From: Octopus sinensis
Lineage: Eukaryota
Direction of reading: 5' to 3'
NCBI RefSeq assembly: GCF_006345805.1
Contig: NW_021832716.1
Span: forward strand, 1 to 64,000
DNA length: 64,000 nucleotides
Shown: positions 49,206-64,000 of the stretch, piece after piece
How positions within the stretch are numbered: the first letter of the stretch is position 1
Layout of the letters: the number at the start of each line of letters is the position of its first letter
Translations under genes and position numbers: made by a program
The notes under the pieces: generated by a model
What the model was told of the DNA's origin: nothing
The model's database searches: none
Seen by the model: the letters and a program-made list of their open reading frames with translations, nothing else

Positions 49206-50116
49206 ACATGTAAAAGTTTAAAAAAAGTTTAACAAGTTCATTTAAAATATTGGGCACAAAAGATTACAACATAAATATACATTCTCAAGAAAATGTTAAA
49301 GATAGTTTCCAGAAGGAATTATTAAAAAGTTCAGTGGAATATTGGTATACACGTACAGAATATTATGAGTTCAAAAAAGTTTACATTATAGTAGTAAGGA
49401 AACTCAAACCGACCAGGTCCACCATGTTATCGTAAAAGACTATTTTCTATTTCAAGGGACACTGGGTGGTGGGAAGGAAGAGTAATGTGGAACTGAAAAG
49501 AATTTCTTTTTGTCTCTCCTTCAAGCATCAATGATTTGGGGGATTGGTCTTTAGAGGTCAGAATGGTGCGAGTGTGTGTGTCTTTGTGTGTGTGTATATA
49601 CATATGTGGTGTGAATAGATGTGTCTGTGTGTTTGTAAAATTTGGTAGGATGGTGTGTGTATATGAGTGCCCGTTTGTCAACCGAGTGTGTGATTGTCTT
49701 GGTGTTGTGTATGTGTGTGTATGTATGTGCGTGATTGGTATTTGTGTTTTGTGTTTGTTGGTATTCAGTATGTTTTCGTTTGCGTGTGTGTGTGTGTATG
49801 TGTGGGTATGGTTTATGTAGTTCTGTAGCTTCCGGGTGTGTGTGTGTATGCACGTCACGTGTGTGTGTTGCATTTGTGAGTGATTTGCTTTGTTTTTATT
49901 GTTAGTGCAATATTTGTGTATATGCGTGTAGGGGTGTTTGTGTGGGTGTGTTTATGTGTCTTTTAATTGTCGGGGCGGTATGTGTCATTGTGTGTGTGTG
50001 TGTGGTGTGTGCATGCTTGTGTGTATGTATGTTTGTGGATGTTTGTTGTGGTTGTAATGTGCGTGACTATCCCACTCCTCATGAAATTCCAGGCCATGCG
50101 CCTTTAGTGGAAAAGG

Positions 50117-50184
<68 letters not shown>

Positions 50185-50604
50185 CTCAAGACTAATTTAG
50201 CCTCAGAGCTGGGTATCTCCAATTCTTGCAATCATTAGAAATGGTTGGAAGGAATAATAAGGTGAGGGATTTTTTTTTACAGGAGGCCTAGAAGTTCTAT
50301 CTTTGGTTGGTGGGCCTTAGAATTGTACTAAATACGAAAAAAAATTCAGGTAAGAAATCACCCAAGTAGCATATGCAGGGGAGACAACAAATATTTCGTT
50401 AGAGTTATGTCCCTTGGACTATGCCAAAAATGTTAAAAAAATTTCCGCCTGCATATAAGATGTTGTCATGTATTTTGGGTAGGAGGGAATGAGGTAACGA
50501 GATAGAACTAAGAGAGGGATGAGGGATGGGAGGAGAAGGATAAGGATGTTGAAGGAGGGATGGGGATGGTGGGAGGAGGTTAATTTATAAATTATATATG
50601 TATA

Positions 50605-51417
50605 GGCGCAGGAGTGGCTGTGTGGTATGTAGCTTGCTAACCAACCACATGGTTCCGGGTTCAGTCCCACTGCGTGGCATCTTGGGCAAGTGTCTTCTGC
50701 TATAGCCCCGGGCCGACCAATGCCTTGTGAGTGGATTTGGTAGACGGAAACTGAAAGAAGCCTGTCGTATATATGTATATATATATATAAGTGTGTGTAT
50801 ATGTTTGTGTGTTTGTGTGTCTGTGTTTGTCCCCCTAGCATTGCTTGACAACCGATGCTGGTGTGTTTACGTCCCCGTCACTTAACGGTTCGGCAAAAGA
50901 GACCGATAGAATAAGTACCAGGCTTACAAAGAATAAGTCCCGGGGTCGATTTGCTCGACTAAAGGCGGTGCTCCAGCATGGCCGCAGTCAAATGACTGAA
51001 ACAAGTAAAAGAGTAAAAGAGTAAAGAGTATATATAAGCGCAGGAGTGGCAGTGTGGTAAGTAGCTTGTTTACCAACCACATGGTTCCGGGTTCAGTCAC
51101 ACTGCGTGTCACCTTGAGCAAGTGTCTTCTACTATAGCCTCGGGCTGATCAATGCCTTGTGAGTGGATTTGGAAGACGGAAACTGAAAAGAAGCCCGTCG
51201 TATATATGTATATATATATATGTATGTGTGTATGTTTGTGTGTCTGTGTTTGTCCCCCTAGCATTGCTTGACAACCTATGCTGGTGTGTTTATGTCCCCG
51301 TAACGTAGCGGTTCGGCAAAAGAGACCGATAGAATAAGTACTGGGCTTACAAAAGAATAAGTCCTGGGGTCGAGTTGCTCGATTAAAGGTGGTGCTCCAG
51401 CATGGCCGCAGTCGAAT
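50605..51417 (+). mobile_element. Head-to-tail dimer of SINE family A (50605-51030, 51037-51417)
   Basis: Two consecutive complete units; the second starts directly after the tail of the first. Confidence 0.9.
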
Positions 51418-53021
51418 GTCAGTACGGCGGTTGTCGGTTTATTCTACCTTAAGCTTTCTCTTAAGTTATAATATTTATTTAGGCTTTCCTCTGAGTAAGG
51501 GAGAATATAATGATTTATCGTCACTTATACTAAAGTGTTATCATCATATCTAAAACCCTAACTGCAGTTATAACGTCATATAGACATATACGCATGGAAC
51601 GCTACATCAACGACCATGTATGTTGAATATTTTAATCGTGTCCTTTAAACCGCTATAAGAAACATAAATCAAAGATTACAGAAATGCATATGCTCAGTTG
51701 AAAAACAAACGTGAAGAGAAACATATTCTTTTTAATCATTTTTTATTATATTTCGTCCTTTCTTCTTTCTATCTAATACGTTAACCAACAAATCAAAATA
51801 GATTTGTGACTAACGTAGACATGGCATAAAATTTACCGATGTCTCCAAAAGAGTGAGTGACGTGGAGTTGAGTGACTACCAAACGAACACTAAAGTCTCT
51901 CCCCAATTCCAGGGTTTTTATAACTGCTCAACCTGACCAAAAAGAATCGAAATTCAGGACAAACATTCTTTTCGAAAATTCTAGAATCTTTATATGAGCA
52001 GTTATATTAACCAATGGGAAAAAAACGAAAATGATAATTCTTCGGCTAAGACATTACGTCATATTGCCAATTCGCACCACATTTCAAAATGGCTAAAATG
52101 GTTATTGCTACAACTGAAACAAGTAAAAGAGTAAAAGAGTATATGTGAATAGGCATACATGCATATGTATATACGGGTTTATATGTATCAAATTTGTGGA
52201 AGTCGGGGGGGGGGGTGCTATAGATATTAAATTTAATCTTCGCATTTCTCTGCCCCGACATATCCACCACCTTCATCGGTGTTTTCCTCTTGACTTACAG
52301 CAATGTGAAGAATCAGCATAAGATTTGCCACGCCCACTTTTCATATATATGTATACATACACGCATAAATACACCCGCTACATATGTAGGAAATTAGACT
52401 GTGGCCTTGAAGAATTCTTTTTTTTTATCCGAGTCCTTACTTTTTTTAAAGTCCTGTACTTAATATATCGGTCTGTTTTGCTAAACCGTTAAATAATAGG
52501 AACATAAACAAGCCAACTCCGGTCGCCAAGCTGGTAGGGGCGGGGCTAACACAGACACAAAGATACACACACATACACAAACACACACAAAAACACGCAA
52601 ACACACACAAACACACTCATATACGACGGGCTTCTTTCAGTTTCCGAAAACCAAATCCACTCACTAGACTTTAATCAGCCTATTGCTATAGTGAAAAAAA
52701 ACTTACCCAAGGTGACACGTGGTGGGACTGAGCCCGAAGCCATATGCTTGGGAAGCAAACTTCCTACCACAGAGTTATGCCTGCACCTAACAAAAATAGG
52801 TAATGAATGTACATACATATTTCAAAAGTTATTGCTCTCTCATCAGTATCACATTCACATATCATTGAAATCTCAAAGCCACAAGATAATACATAACTAA
52901 TTCAAAACAATGTGAATTAAAAAGCATTACATTTCACAGAGTAATCTCAATGCTAAGGAGTTAAAATGTTTCTTACCATTTTTGTTCTCCTTTTATAATG
53001 TTTTATATATTTATATTTTAG

Positions 53022-64000
<10,979 letters not shown>

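Overview
Eukaryotic, microsatellite- and transposon-saturated genomic DNA. The SINE families and repeat landscape look like a coleoid cephalopod, most likely Octopus; this is an inference, not a database result. There is one host gene: nine frame-consistent GT-AG exons of a divergent PLP-dependent low-specificity L-threonine aldolase (Tha1/GLY1/LtaE family) on the + strand, from 53022 to beyond the window end. The centre (20.2-36.8 kb) holds two related L1/Tx1-clade non-LTR retrotransposon families. Both have ORF1 with a CCHC knuckle and ORF2 with APE endonuclease, RT and zf-RVT. Both end in AATAAAGAAA(T/C)A with no poly(A) tail, and each sits in its own microsatellite. One family is in (TC)n, with a head-to-tail pair plus 3' fragments. 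The other is in (TATC)n, with a near-full copy and an independent 170-bp copy 10 kb away. Scattered in AT-rich and (TA)n sequence are foldback elements and minimal type-I hammerhead ribozyme motifs of Penelope-like type, several with compensatory U3-A8 or A3-U8 cores. The rest is tRNA-derived SINEs with shuffled modules, mariner and maT DNA transposon relics, CR1, RTE and HERO fragments, Helitron-like non-autonomous elements and simple repeats. Most ORFs in the supplied track are translated microsatellites and are not genes.
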